Shown: positions 8,432-17,250 of the stretch, piece by piece
Position numbering within the stretch: position 1 is the stretch's first letter
Layout: each line of letters starts with the position of its first letter
Notes under the pieces: model-generated
Databases searched by the model: none
The model's input: only the letters and a program-made list of their open reading frames with translations
What the model was told of the DNA's origin: nothing
Source of the DNA: Candidatus Micrarchaeota archaeon
Lineage (GTDB): Archaea; B1Sed10-29
Reading direction: 5' to 3'
Length of the DNA stretch: 32,797 bases
NCBI GenBank assembly: GCA_964388265.1
Contig: CAYLXZ010000006.1
Location: 1-32,797 of the forward strand
Made by a program: the position numbers and the translations under genes

Positions 8432-11161
8432 ATGAACAGCTTTGAAGTTCTAGAAGACGAAGTAAAAGACCTCGTGACACAGAGGTTTGAAGAACCAACC
8501 CCAATACAGGAGAAAGCAATCCCTAAAGTAGCTGAAGGAAAAAACAGCCTGATAATAGCCCCAACCGGAACAGGGAAAACCGAGAGCTGCATATTGCCAA
8601 TAATGGATAACTATCTACAGCAAAGAGATGAAGAACCAGAAGAAGGAATCAAGATACTCTACATAACCCCTTTGAAAGCACTTAACCGAGATATATTGGA
8701 TAGAATAAAGACATGGTCGGAGGACCTAGAGATAGACGTAGCAGTAAGACACGGAGACACATCCAAATCAGAAAGATCCAGACAAACCAAGAACCCACCA
8801 GAGCTACTCGTAACCACACCGGAAACCCTTAACATCGTTCTAACAGCACCGAAACTAGGAGAACACCTAAAAACAGTTAACCATGTAGTCATAGACGAAA
8901 TACACGAACTATGCGAAAGCAAAAGAGGATCACAACTAACCATAGCGCTAGAAAGACTGATGGAGAAAGCCGGAAAATACCAAAGAGTAGGCCTATCAGC
9001 CACAGTAGGAGACCCAGAACAAGTAGCCAATTTCTTATTCAGCGAAAGAGACCGAGAAATAATCCATACACCAGGAGAAAACAAGATACAGCTAGATGTA
9101 GAGAAACCAGAGCCAATTGAAGAAGATGAAGAACTCAGCGAAGAACTACTCATCCCACCCGACGCAGTAGCAAGACTAAGAAGACTAAAAGAACTAATAG
9201 ATGAATACGAATCAGTACTCACATTCGTGAACACACGACAGATGGCTGAAATGCTATCCAGCAGATTCGCAGCATGGGAAGAAGCAGAAGACATAGGAGT
9301 ACACCACTCCTCACTATCCAAAGACGCAAGAGTAGTATCAGAAGGAGAGTTCAAAGAAGGAGAACTACGAGGAATGATAAGCACATCATCACTAGAACTA
9401 GGCATAGACATAGGACAGATAAAACTAACAGCACAGTACCTCTCACCAAGACAAGTGAATCGACTTATACAGAGAGTGGGAAGAAGCGGACACAGAGCAC
9501 ACCTCTCACCAAAAGGCAAAATAATCACCGTGGACCCAGAGGACACCTTGGAGTCGGCAGTGGTCACAGAGAATACACTGAAAGAAAACCTCGAAGAACC
9601 AAAAATATTCCAATCACCACTGGACGTTCTAGCACACCAAATAGTAGGTATGGCAATGGAAAACTACAAGATGAAGAAAGAAAAAGCCTATGAAGTAGTA
9701 AAAAGAGCCAATCCATTCAAAGAACTATCATTCAACGACTTCTTAGAAACAATTGAACAACTAGCAAAAGAAAGAGTAATCTGGACAGAAGAAGACAAAT
9801 TCGGAAAAAAGAGAAACTGCTACGAATACTATTACGGCAACATATCCATGATACCTGACGAAAGAACCTACTACATAAAAGACACAACCACGAATGACAA
9901 TGTAGGAGTACTAGATGAAGGGTTCGTAGCTGAAGACCTGGTTCCAGGAAAGAAATTCATAACAAAAGGAAGACCATGGAAAGTCCTAGACATAACTGAG
10001 AGCGAAGTAATAGTAGAACCAACTGAAGAAATAACCAGCGCAATCCCAGCCTGGAGCGGAGAAGAAATACCAGTACCAATAGACATAGCAAAAGGATTCG
10101 CAGAGAAATTCAACCAAGAAATAGACTCAGAAAAAATAAACACAGGGAAAAATGCTCATAAATCAATAAAAAACTTTATCGAAAAACAATCAGAATACTT
10201 CAAACCAGGAAAAAACCAGATACACCTAGAAGAGATAGATAACTACCTAGTGATACATTCATACAACGGAGACATAGTGAACGAGACCCTAGAAAGACTA
10301 TTGACAATTCTGATAAGCAGCTACATAGGAGAATCAGTTGGAATGGAGAACGACGCCTACAGGATAGTCCTGGAGTTCCCAGGAAAACCAAGAAAAGACC
10401 TAGTGAAGAAATTCCTAACCGAAACAGAGCCAGAAGAAGTAGAAACAATACTCGAAAGATCCCTGATGAGAACCTCACTCTTCAGATACAGATTCATACA
10501 CATAGCAAAAAGATTCGGATTAATAAGCAAAGACGCGGACTACCAGAAAATAAGCATAAGAAGACTAATAAGAGCAGTCCTAGACTCACCAGTATACAAA
10601 GAAACCATGAAAGAAATAAAGAAAGATAAACTCGATGTGGAAAACACTGAAAAGATAATAGAAAAGATACAAGAAGAAAAGATAGAAATAAAAGAACACA
10701 GCTTCAAAGAACCATCTCCCCTTGCTCAGAATGCGTTCAGCAAGGTAATGAGAGCACCAGAGCTAGTATCCCCAGCTACACCTGAGAAAGAAATACTTGA
10801 ACTAATGAAGAAAAGAATACTGAACGAAAAAGCACACCTAAACTGCACATATTGTGGAAACGAATGGTACAGAGACATAAAGGAACTTTCTGAGGATATA
10901 GATTGCCCTGAATGCGGTTCATCCATGGTTTCCTACATTCAAGGGAAAAACAAGGAAAACTACGAGGATACTAAAGATCTCTTGAACTCCTATGGTAAAA
11001 AAGCAGTCATAGCACTATCATGCACAGGGGTAGGTCCGGAGACCGCTAAACAGGTTCTCAATAAAAGAAGAAGAGATGAGGAAAAGTTCTACAAAGATTT
11101 ACTTGAAGCTAAAAAAACCTACCTGAGGACGAAACAGTACTGGAAGGATGAAGACAGTTAA
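8432..11161 (+). CDS. lhr: Lhr-family SF2 helicase with C-terminal Cys4 zinc finger
   Basis: APTGTGKT, YITPLKALNRD, TTPETL, DEIH, GLSATV, TSSLELGIDIG, QRVGRSGH, LDVLAHQI; C-terminal CTYC...CPEC. Confidence 0.93.
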   Translation: MNSFEVLEDEVKDLVTQRFEEPTPIQEKAIPKVAEGKNSLIIAPTGTGKTESCILPIMDNYLQQRDEEPEEGIKILYITPLKALNRDILDRIKTWSEDLEIDVAVRHGDTSKSERSRQTKNPPELLVTTPETLNIVLTAPKLGEHLKTVNHVVIDEIHELCESKRGSQLTIALERLMEKAGKYQRVGLSATVGDPEQVANFLFSERDREIIHTPGENKIQLDVEKPEPIEEDEELSEELLIPPDAVARLRRLKELIDEYESVLTFVNTRQMAEMLSSRFAAWEEAEDIGVHHSSLSKDARVVSEGEFKEGELRGMISTSSLELGIDIGQIKLTAQYLSPRQVNRLIQRVGRSGHRAHLSPKGKIITVDPEDTLESAVVTENTLKENLEEPKIFQSPLDVLAHQIVGMAMENYKMKKEKAYEVVKRANPFKELSFNDFLETIEQLAKERVIWTEEDKFGKKRNCYEYYYGNISMIPDERTYYIKDTTTNDNVGVLDEGFVAEDLVPGKKFITKGRPWKVLDITESEVIVEPTEEITSAIPAWSGEEIPVPIDIAKGFAEKFNQEIDSEKINTGKNAHKSIKNFIEKQSEYFKPGKNQIHLEEIDNYLVIHSYNGDIVNETLERLLTILISSYIGESVGMENDAYRIVLEFPGKPRKDLVKKFLTETEPEEVETILERSLMRTSLFRYRFIHIAKRFGLISKDADYQKISIRRLIRAVLDSPVYKETMKEIKKDKLDVENTEKIIEKIQEEKIEIKEHSFKEPSPLAQNAFSKVMRAPELVSPATPEKEILELMKKRILNEKAHLNCTYCGNEWYRDIKELSEDIDCPECGSSMVSYIQGKNKENYEDTKDLLNSYGKKAVIALSCTGVGPETAKQVLNKRRRDEEKFYKDLLEAKKTYLRTKQYWKDEDS

Positions 11162-11170
11162 TTTTCTTCC

Positions 11171-11272
11171 CTAAATACCCTCAAAGAGCTGAGATTTCAA
11201 TAGAAAGTAAATTAGGAAGATTCCTACTACTATCCCTACTAATGTAATCTCCCAACTAGCAATATTAAACAT
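11171..11272 (-). CDS. Putative 33-aa single-pass membrane microprotein (not in ORF track)
   Basis: MFNIASWEITLVGIVVGIFLIYFLLKSQLFEGI*. A-rich BRE-like run plus TATTTAAA (11302-11295, minus strand) about 23 nt upstream of the ATG. Confidence 0.55.
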   Translation of the reverse strand: MFNIASWEITLVGIVVGIFLIYFLLKSQLFEGI

Positions 11273-11362
11273 GTTAATAATTTATCATACAACCTTTAAA
11301 TAATTTTTGCCTGAACCCAGAGCCTATAAGGAAGAAAACCTAAAAATCTAAATAGGGATCAA

Positions 11363-12196
11363 ATGGTATTCAAAATAGGTGCCCACGTAAGCAAATCAGG
11401 AAACTTCTCCAAAGCCCTGGAAAGAGAAAGAGATGTAGGAGGAAACTGCGGCCAGATATTCGTAAAAAGCCCCAGATCATGGAGATTTGCAGACCTAGCC
11501 AAAGGAGAAGTAAAGAAATTCCAGGAAAACTACAGAGAAAGCGAACTCAAACCATTCATGACCCATGGAACCTATCTCATAAACCTAGCAACACCAAAAG
11601 AAGACCTCTTCCAGAAATCCATAGAATGCCTAAGAAAAGAAATAGAAAGAACAGACAGACTAAACATACCTTACATAACTTTTCACCCAGGAGCACACAC
11701 AGGTTCAGGAGAAGAAAAAGGATTAAAAAGAATAATAGAAGCATTAGATCAATTGGAAGAGACCCTTGAGAACTCAGATATCCAGCTACTGCTTGAAAAC
11801 ACAGCAGGAAAAGGAACAACCCTAGGCTACACAATGAAACAACTTCAAGAAATGAAAGAAAGGACAAAAGCACCAAACATAGGAGTATGCTTAGATACAG
11901 CCCACGCCTATGCTGCAGGATATGACTTAAGCACTGAAGAAGGGATACAAGAAACCATTAAAGAGATAGAAGACACAGTGACCGTGGAATCAATTCCAAT
12001 GGTTCATCTAAACGACTCAAAAGCTCCATTAGGATCAAAGAAAGACCAACATGCTCATCTAACGGAAGGAAAATTTGGAAGAAAAGGAATAAAGACATTC
12101 ATAAACCACGAGGCCTTCAGAGACATCCCTATGATCCGGGAATCACCCTTCAAAAAGAAAGATATCAAAGTAGCTAAGAAACTTAGAGAAAAATAA
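11363..12196 (+). CDS. nfo: Endonuclease IV (AP endonuclease)
   Basis: GAHVS, QIF, HGTYLINL, FHPG, LLENTAG, CLDTAH, HLNDSK and DQH zinc-ligand motifs. Confidence 0.95.
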   Translation: MVFKIGAHVSKSGNFSKALERERDVGGNCGQIFVKSPRSWRFADLAKGEVKKFQENYRESELKPFMTHGTYLINLATPKEDLFQKSIECLRKEIERTDRLNIPYITFHPGAHTGSGEEKGLKRIIEALDQLEETLENSDIQLLLENTAGKGTTLGYTMKQLQEMKERTKAPNIGVCLDTAHAYAAGYDLSTEEGIQETIKEIEDTVTVESIPMVHLNDSKAPLGSKKDQHAHLTEGKFGRKGIKTFINHEAFRDIPMIRESPFKKKDIKVAKKLREK

Positions 12197-12209
12197 AGGA
12201 GGAAAAAGC

Positions 12210-12992
12210 TTGAAAGCCATCGTAGCATCGGAAAAAGACACAGCAGGAATGAACATCTTCAATAAACTCCTAGATAAAGGATTCGATTCAACGGACAAGA
12301 AATGGCTGAATAAAACTCTTTTCCAGAAAGATGAATGGCTCCTAGCACGCGCAGAATCCAGAGTAATCTACGCAGATGAAGTAGCGGAACTAGATGTAGA
12401 TGAAGTGATCTTCGCTTCAAAACATTCATCCGAGTCAGGCAAACCAACATTAACTACCCATGTCCCTGGGAACTTCGGACCCGCTGACTACGGAGGCGAA
12501 CCAGGAAAACTCTGCCACACTTATTCAGATAGAAGGAAAGCAATTTACATGGAGCTACTTAATCCCCCTTTCGAGTATGAAGTGTCTCTTGAGGTAACGC
12601 ATCATGGTCCTCTTATTCCACAGCCATGTTGTTTTGTGGAACTCGGATCAACCCAGGAACAATGGGAAAATGAAGAAGCAGCTGAATATCTAGCTGAAGC
12701 AATAGTGAAAGGAATAGAGAAGGAACCACCGGAGACAGATACAGCTATAGGTATAGGTGGAAACCACTACGCCCGCAAGTTCACAGAAGTAGAGGAAAAT
12801 AGAGATATAGCAATGGGTCACATGATCCCAAGATACGCTCAGAAACACCTTGATCCAGATATAGTTGAACAGATGATTGCTAAAACTCACCCAGATCCAA
12901 GTAAAATAATGATAGATAAAAAAGGAACCAGGAAACAGTCAAAGGTCCGAGAAATGCTTGAACAGTTCAATATGGAACTAGAGTTACTTTAA
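12210..12992 (+). CDS. dtdA: D-aminoacyl-tRNA deacylase, archaeal DTD2 type
   Basis: FASKHSS, LTTHVPGN, EVTHHGP, FVELGS, GIGGNHY, GHMIPRY; TTG start with GGAGG SD. Confidence 0.93.
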   Translation: MKAIVASEKDTAGMNIFNKLLDKGFDSTDKKWLNKTLFQKDEWLLARAESRVIYADEVAELDVDEVIFASKHSSESGKPTLTTHVPGNFGPADYGGEPGKLCHTYSDRRKAIYMELLNPPFEYEVSLEVTHHGPLIPQPCCFVELGSTQEQWENEEAAEYLAEAIVKGIEKEPPETDTAIGIGGNHYARKFTEVEENRDIAMGHMIPRYAQKHLDPDIVEQMIAKTHPDPSKIMIDKKGTRKQSKVREMLEQFNMELELL

Positions 12993-12993
12993 T

Positions 12994-14385
12994 TTATCTA
13001 AACTGGTTTTTTATCTGTTCATCTATTGTTTCTAGGAACTTTGTTTTCTTTTCTTTTGGTACTGTGGCTCCTGCGGCCACGTCGTGTCCCCCACCTTCTC
13101 CTTCTAGTTTTTCACTGGCTTGATACATTGCTTCTCCTAGATTTAATCCTTTATTCACAAGTGTTTTGTTTCCTCTTCCGCTGAATTTTATTTTATCTTC
13201 TTCTTTTTCTGCTGATCCTATTATTGCTTTCTTTCTGTCTATCTCGTTGGTTGAGTACAGCATTCCTACTACTATGCCGATTAATGTATGTGGGATTTCT
13301 CCTTCTCCGTCTAGGAAATAGATGTTTTCTTTTTCTTCTACTCCTTCTTCCTTGGCGTACTCTATTCCTTTTCTTAGTTTTCTTCTATGGGTTTTGAGTA
13401 GGTTTTTTGCTTCTTTGAAGTGTTCTTCTCGGTCTCCCATTGCTACTTTTATACCTATTTCTGGTTCTTCGTGTCTTCCACATGAATTTAGGAGAGTTGA
13501 GAATTCCTTGCCGTCCTTCACTGGTGATTTCTTTGGTTCTTTCTTCATTTCGTAGACTTCTCCTACGAGGTTTTTAAGCACTCTTTCCGGAACTCCTTTC
13601 TGTCTTCCGTATACGTGGAGACCTGATATCAGTTTCTTTTTCTCCTCATCGCTGAGATCGCAGTAGTATCTCATGTTTCCTTCTCCGTCTTTTATATCTA
13701 TTTCAAGGTGTCTTAGGAATTCTCTGCATTCTCCTCTGTTGTTGGTGAGTCCAGGTAGATATGGGTCGGTTGAATAGGCTAGAAATGGGATTATTGGCCT
13801 TGAGTGTCTTCCGAATAGTGTGATGTCTTCTCTTGCTTCTAGTTCACCTGATTTCTCCGCGTCTTTCACTACTTCTTGGTTTAACCCGATTAATCTATTG
13901 TCGTCGCTGTACTGCATGTCTCCTAACGCGCCTACTATACCTATCTTCGCGAGATCAATGTTTGATTTATTTATTTCTCTGGCCACGAAGTAGCTTAGTC
14001 CGGATGAACTTATTTCGCTTGATCCGTCGTGTCCGGATAGATGTGGATTAAGGTGTGGGTGGCTGGTTTCTCCTTCTATTTCGTGGTGGTCTATTATGCA
14101 GTATTCTCCGTTGGTTAATTCTTCTTTAAGCATATCTAGATAACCTGAACCGAAGTCTATTAGTATGAATGGTTTTTCTCGTCCTTTGTATTTCTTTATT
14201 TCTTCTTTGGAGAAGTGTTTCAGGGTTTCTGCTTCGTATTTCTTCCCTAATCGGTTCAGGGTTTTTCTTATTATTGCTCCTGCGGATAATCCGTCTGCGT
14301 CGTAGTCGTTCAGTACTATGAAGTTGTCTTTGTCTTCTATGTATCTTGCCACGTCTTCTAATCCTTCTAGGTTTTTTGATTTCAT
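12994..14385 (-). CDS. RecJ/Cdc45-like DHH nuclease (GAN-like) with DHHA1 domain
   Basis: DADGLSA, LIDFGSG, IIDHHE, GALGD, FSGRG, GGGHDVAAG; 463 aa with a central insertion. Confidence 0.88.
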   Translation of the reverse strand: MKSKNLEGLEDVARYIEDKDNFIVLNDYDADGLSAGAIIRKTLNRLGKKYEAETLKHFSKEEIKKYKGREKPFILIDFGSGYLDMLKEELTNGEYCIIDHHEIEGETSHPHLNPHLSGHDGSSEISSSGLSYFVAREINKSNIDLAKIGIVGALGDMQYSDDNRLIGLNQEVVKDAEKSGELEAREDITLFGRHSRPIIPFLAYSTDPYLPGLTNNRGECREFLRHLEIDIKDGEGNMRYYCDLSDEEKKKLISGLHVYGRQKGVPERVLKNLVGEVYEMKKEPKKSPVKDGKEFSTLLNSCGRHEEPEIGIKVAMGDREEHFKEAKNLLKTHRRKLRKGIEYAKEEGVEEKENIYFLDGEGEIPHTLIGIVVGMLYSTNEIDRKKAIIGSAEKEEDKIKFSGRGNKTLVNKGLNLGEAMYQASEKLEGEGGGHDVAAGATVPKEKKTKFLETIDEQIKNQFR

Positions 14386-14441
14386 CTTCTCTTACCTGTA
14401 GTTATTTAAGGGTCCTGCGTTTTAATGGCTTAGGTGGTAAC

Positions 14442-14579
14442 ATGAAGTGTGTTGAATGCGGTGAATTCATGGTCTTGAGACCTGTTGAAAAGCACGATGG
14501 TTTCTACTACGGACCTACTGTTTGCTCTAACTGTGGTAGAAAAGAGCTGGATGGATCTACAATTCATAATCGGCTTTGA
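14442..14579 (+). CDS. 45-aa Cys4 zinc-finger microprotein
   Basis: MKCVECGEFMVLRPVEKHDGFYYGPTVCSNCGRKELDGSTIHNRL; two CxxCG motifs and SD-like GGTGGT before ATG 14442; overlaps the 3' end of the convergent beta-CASP gene by 23 nt. Confidence 0.75.
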   Translation: MKCVECGEFMVLRPVEKHDGFYYGPTVCSNCGRKELDGSTIHNRL

Positions 14580-15891
14580 TGTCAGGTAGATAGGTCTCGT
14601 GATCTCTTTCTTCTAGTTCTCTGTTTATGCTTTGTCGTTTATCTTCTTCACCATGCACTAGGAATATTTTATCTAGGTCTGGTAGGTCTGAAACGTATTC
14701 TAGAAGTTGTTGTCTGTCTGCGTGGGCGCTGAAGTGCAGTGACTTCACGTCTGCTCTTATTCTTACTTCTTCACCGTCTGGAAGCTCTATTATGTCTTTT
14801 CCGTCTTGTAGGTCTCTGCCTGGTGTGCCTTCCACTTGGTATCCTACTAGTATGATTTTGTTCTTGGGGTCGTGTCCCAGTTCCTTCACGTACTTTATCA
14901 CTGGTCCTCCTGTGAGCATTCCTGAGGTTGTTAGTATTACTCCTGGTTTATCGCTTTTTACCACGTCTGAACGGTCCTTTGTCCTAGGTGGATTGAATTG
15001 CTCCGGGTTGAATGGGTTTTCCTGCGCCATCAGAATTCTTTTCTGTATCTCGTCTTTTGCGTGGATCACGTTCTGTCTGTGGATTGAGTTAGCTTTCTTT
15101 ATCATTCCATCGATGTATCCTGGTGTGTCTGGTAGGAAACCTGATTTCATGTAGTTGCTTAGTGTGATCATTAGTTCTTGTCCTCTTCCTACTCCGAAGC
15201 TAGGTATGATTACTTTTCCTCCTCTTTCCACTGTTTTCTTAACTTCTTTAGCTAGCTTGGTGCTGTTTGTTTTAAGGCTTGGTAACTGATCTTTCTTCCC
15301 TCCATACGTTGTCTCCATTATCAGATGATCAAAGTCCTCTATATCTGTATCTGCTTCGTCTAGTATTGTGCTGTCTCTATATGATAGGTCTCCTGTGTAT
15401 AGTAGAGAGGATTCTGGTCCTTCGAACCTCACTGTGGCTGAGCCCAATATATGTCCTGCATTGTAGAGCGTGAGATCGGTGTCTTGAGATAGTTTTTCTT
15501 TATCTCTGTAGTCTAGGTATATAACGTCTCTCATTATGTTGTTTATCTCTTCTTGGCTGAACTCTGGGTTTCTTTCTTCTTTAGCTATCTTCAGGTAGTC
15601 GCTGAGCAGTAGCTGCATCAGGTCTCTTGTTGGTTTTGTTGCGTATATGTTTCCTCTCCATCCTCTTGCGTAGAGGTGTGGAAGGTACCCTGAGTGATCT
15701 AGATGAGCGTGTGTAATCACTACGCTGTCTATTTTGTTCATCAGGCTCTTTGGGATATATGGATATCTCTCTGTATCGGATTCTGCTCCTAGTTTTATCC
15801 CGCAGTCCATGAGGATGTTCTCTTGTTCTGTTTCTACGAATATTGCTGACTTGCCTACTTCTCCGCAGGCTCCTAAAAACTTCAATTTCAT
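14557..15891 (-). CDS. KH-less MBL/beta-CASP ribonuclease (aCPSF1b/aCPSF2-like)
   Basis: FLGACGEVGKS, THAHLDHSG, NAGHILGS, YTGD, METTYGG, SGMLTGG, FSAHAD, LVHGE. Confidence 0.92.
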   Translation of the reverse strand: MKLKFLGACGEVGKSAIFVETEQENILMDCGIKLGAESDTERYPYIPKSLMNKIDSVVITHAHLDHSGYLPHLYARGWRGNIYATKPTRDLMQLLLSDYLKIAKEERNPEFSQEEINNIMRDVIYLDYRDKEKLSQDTDLTLYNAGHILGSATVRFEGPESSLLYTGDLSYRDSTILDEADTDIEDFDHLIMETTYGGKKDQLPSLKTNSTKLAKEVKKTVERGGKVIIPSFGVGRGQELMITLSNYMKSGFLPDTPGYIDGMIKKANSIHRQNVIHAKDEIQKRILMAQENPFNPEQFNPPRTKDRSDVVKSDKPGVILTTSGMLTGGPVIKYVKELGHDPKNKIILVGYQVEGTPGRDLQDGKDIIELPDGEEVRIRADVKSLHFSAHADRQQLLEYVSDLPDLDKIFLVHGEEDKRQSINRELEERDHETYLPDIKADYEL

Positions 15892-15923
15892 TATTAATCA
15901 TCTCCTTGTTTTGTTGTTGAAGA

Positions 15924-16007
15924 GATGGAGTTTGAGAACTCACTTTAAGGTGAAGTTTCCAAAAATCCATCATTTACCTGTTTATCTGTTAGAAATAAGG
16001 AGGTAAA
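15924..16007 (-). promoter_or_regulatory. Two tandem hairpins in the putative 5' leader of the KH-less beta-CASP gene
   Basis: Inverted repeats TTTACCT/AGGTAAA (15973-15979/16001-16007) and GATGGA/TCCATC (15924-15929/15966-15971), each with extended inner pairing; they lie between a TATA-like TTTAAAT (~16038-16044) and the SD AAGGAG (~15902-15907). Confidence 0.5.
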
Positions 16008-16047
16008 CCTTACTTCTTTATATTTTAAGCCTCCTAATTTAAATACC

Positions 16048-17133
16048 ATGGTTAAAATCCCTTTCCTCAATAAACTTAGAAAACCCCAAGAGAAGATAGA
16101 GATAGAGAAACAGATAAAGCAACTTAATAAAGAGAAAGCAGAGCTTAAATCAAGCAAGAAAGAACTAGAAGAGATGGATAGAGACACTTCAGATATAGAT
16201 GAAGAGCTTCAAGAGATAGAGAAGAAACTAAAGAAAAGATACGATGAACTAGCTAACTTAGAATACAAACAAGCGTTAAATGAGATAGGAGAGAAGTCGA
16301 AAGAGAAGAAAGTAACTTTAAGTAGAATGAAAGGTGAATTAAAAGAAGAGAGAAAGAAGAGAAGAAGACTTGAAACCAAGCTAGAGGAACTTGAAGAGAA
16401 AAAAGAATCACTGAAAGAAGATAAAAAAGACTTAGCCAAGAAGATAAACGAACTTGAAGAGAAAGTAAGAGACAAAGAGATGAAGATCCAGCAAAAAGAA
16501 GACATAATCCAGGGCCTCAAAGAAGAACCAGAAAAAGAAGAGAAACCACAGGAAGAACCAGAGCAATCCGAGGAAGAGAAGTCAGGTAGAGAAAAAATAC
16601 TTGAATCTCTGTTAAAAGATTACAGCAGCTACATCGAAGAGAAAGAGAAAAAAACAATCCAGGAAATGAAGGAAATGGTACAGCCGAACAACATAAACCT
16701 AAGAGAGTTCCTAGAAGACATAGAGAAAGACGGCTTGGAAGCATGTGAAGAAGCCTACGATAAAATAATGGATAAAATAGAATCCTGTTCACCACTTCCT
16801 GTCGAGTACTGGATGAACATAAAAACAATGATAGACCTCAAAGCAGCCGGACACAAAGACAAAGCAATACTACTATGCTCAGCATTCCGACACTTCGGCG
16901 CAGAATCCCACGTAGCCATAATAAAACTAGAAAACGGAGAAAGAAGACCCTTAACACAGATAAAAACCAACAATAAATATCTGTTGATAGATCCAAATCA
17001 AAAGCAACCATTCAAAAGATACTACGGAACAAGAGGAGAAATAAAAAACCAATACAAATACAAAGGAAGCAAAATCAGGGAATTCAAGTACCTATTCAAT
17101 GACAGAGAATACATAACCTATGAAGAAACATAA
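16048..17133 (+). CDS. Coiled-coil protein with C-terminal degenerate transglutaminase-like domain
   Basis: About 160-aa K/E heptad-rich N-terminus. The C-terminal AGHKDKAILLCSAFRHFG...YLLIDP follows the transglutaminase-like core pattern but lacks the catalytic Cys and His. Confidence 0.6.
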   Translation: MVKIPFLNKLRKPQEKIEIEKQIKQLNKEKAELKSSKKELEEMDRDTSDIDEELQEIEKKLKKRYDELANLEYKQALNEIGEKSKEKKVTLSRMKGELKEERKKRRRLETKLEELEEKKESLKEDKKDLAKKINELEEKVRDKEMKIQQKEDIIQGLKEEPEKEEKPQEEPEQSEEEKSGREKILESLLKDYSSYIEEKEKKTIQEMKEMVQPNNINLREFLEDIEKDGLEACEEAYDKIMDKIESCSPLPVEYWMNIKTMIDLKAAGHKDKAILLCSAFRHFGAESHVAIIKLENGERRPLTQIKTNNKYLLIDPNQKQPFKRYYGTRGEIKNQYKYKGSKIREFKYLFNDREYITYEET

Positions 17134-17188
17134 TCTTGCACCTAAAACAACAAAATATATTTATATAGCAGAGAATAAACTTAGAGAG

Positions 17189-17250
17189 GAGGAACGATAA
17201 GATGAAAAACCTTATCCTTCAACTGAAAGATAGAGAGGAACGATAAGATG
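17189..17250 (+). repeat. 16-nt direct repeat GAGGAACGATAAGATG flanking a complementary segment
   Basis: Copies at 17189-17204 and 17235-17250; CTTATCCTTC (17211-17220) is complementary (9 of 10) to GAACGATAAG in each copy. Confidence 0.9.
17202..17246 (+). CDS. Putative 14-aa leader peptide (uORF) upstream of ferredoxin
   Basis: [14 protein letters not shown], preceded by GGAGG and by the same 16-nt RBS-ATG string as the ferredoxin; its stop lies 1 nt before the fdx ATG. Confidence 0.4.
   Translation: MKNLILQLKDREER

Noticed and set aside
8659..9567. 302-aa antisense ORF within lhr, and the many similar S/F/L-rich antisense or R/K-rich alternate-frame ORFs
   Set aside because: Shadow ORFs produced by the biased codon usage of well-supported genes; low complexity and no motifs.
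11171..11272. TatA assignment for the microprotein
   Set aside because: The N-terminus is reminiscent, but the FG hinge and amphipathic helix are missing.
14346..14441. Upstream extension of the zinc-finger ORF
   Set aside because: It overlaps the divergent gene start and promoter; the SD supports ATG 14442.
15581..15973. 130-aa minus-strand ORF starting in the structured leader
   Set aside because: It runs out of frame through the beta-CASP gene with Arg-rich shadow composition; a regulatory uORF role is not excluded but is unsupported.
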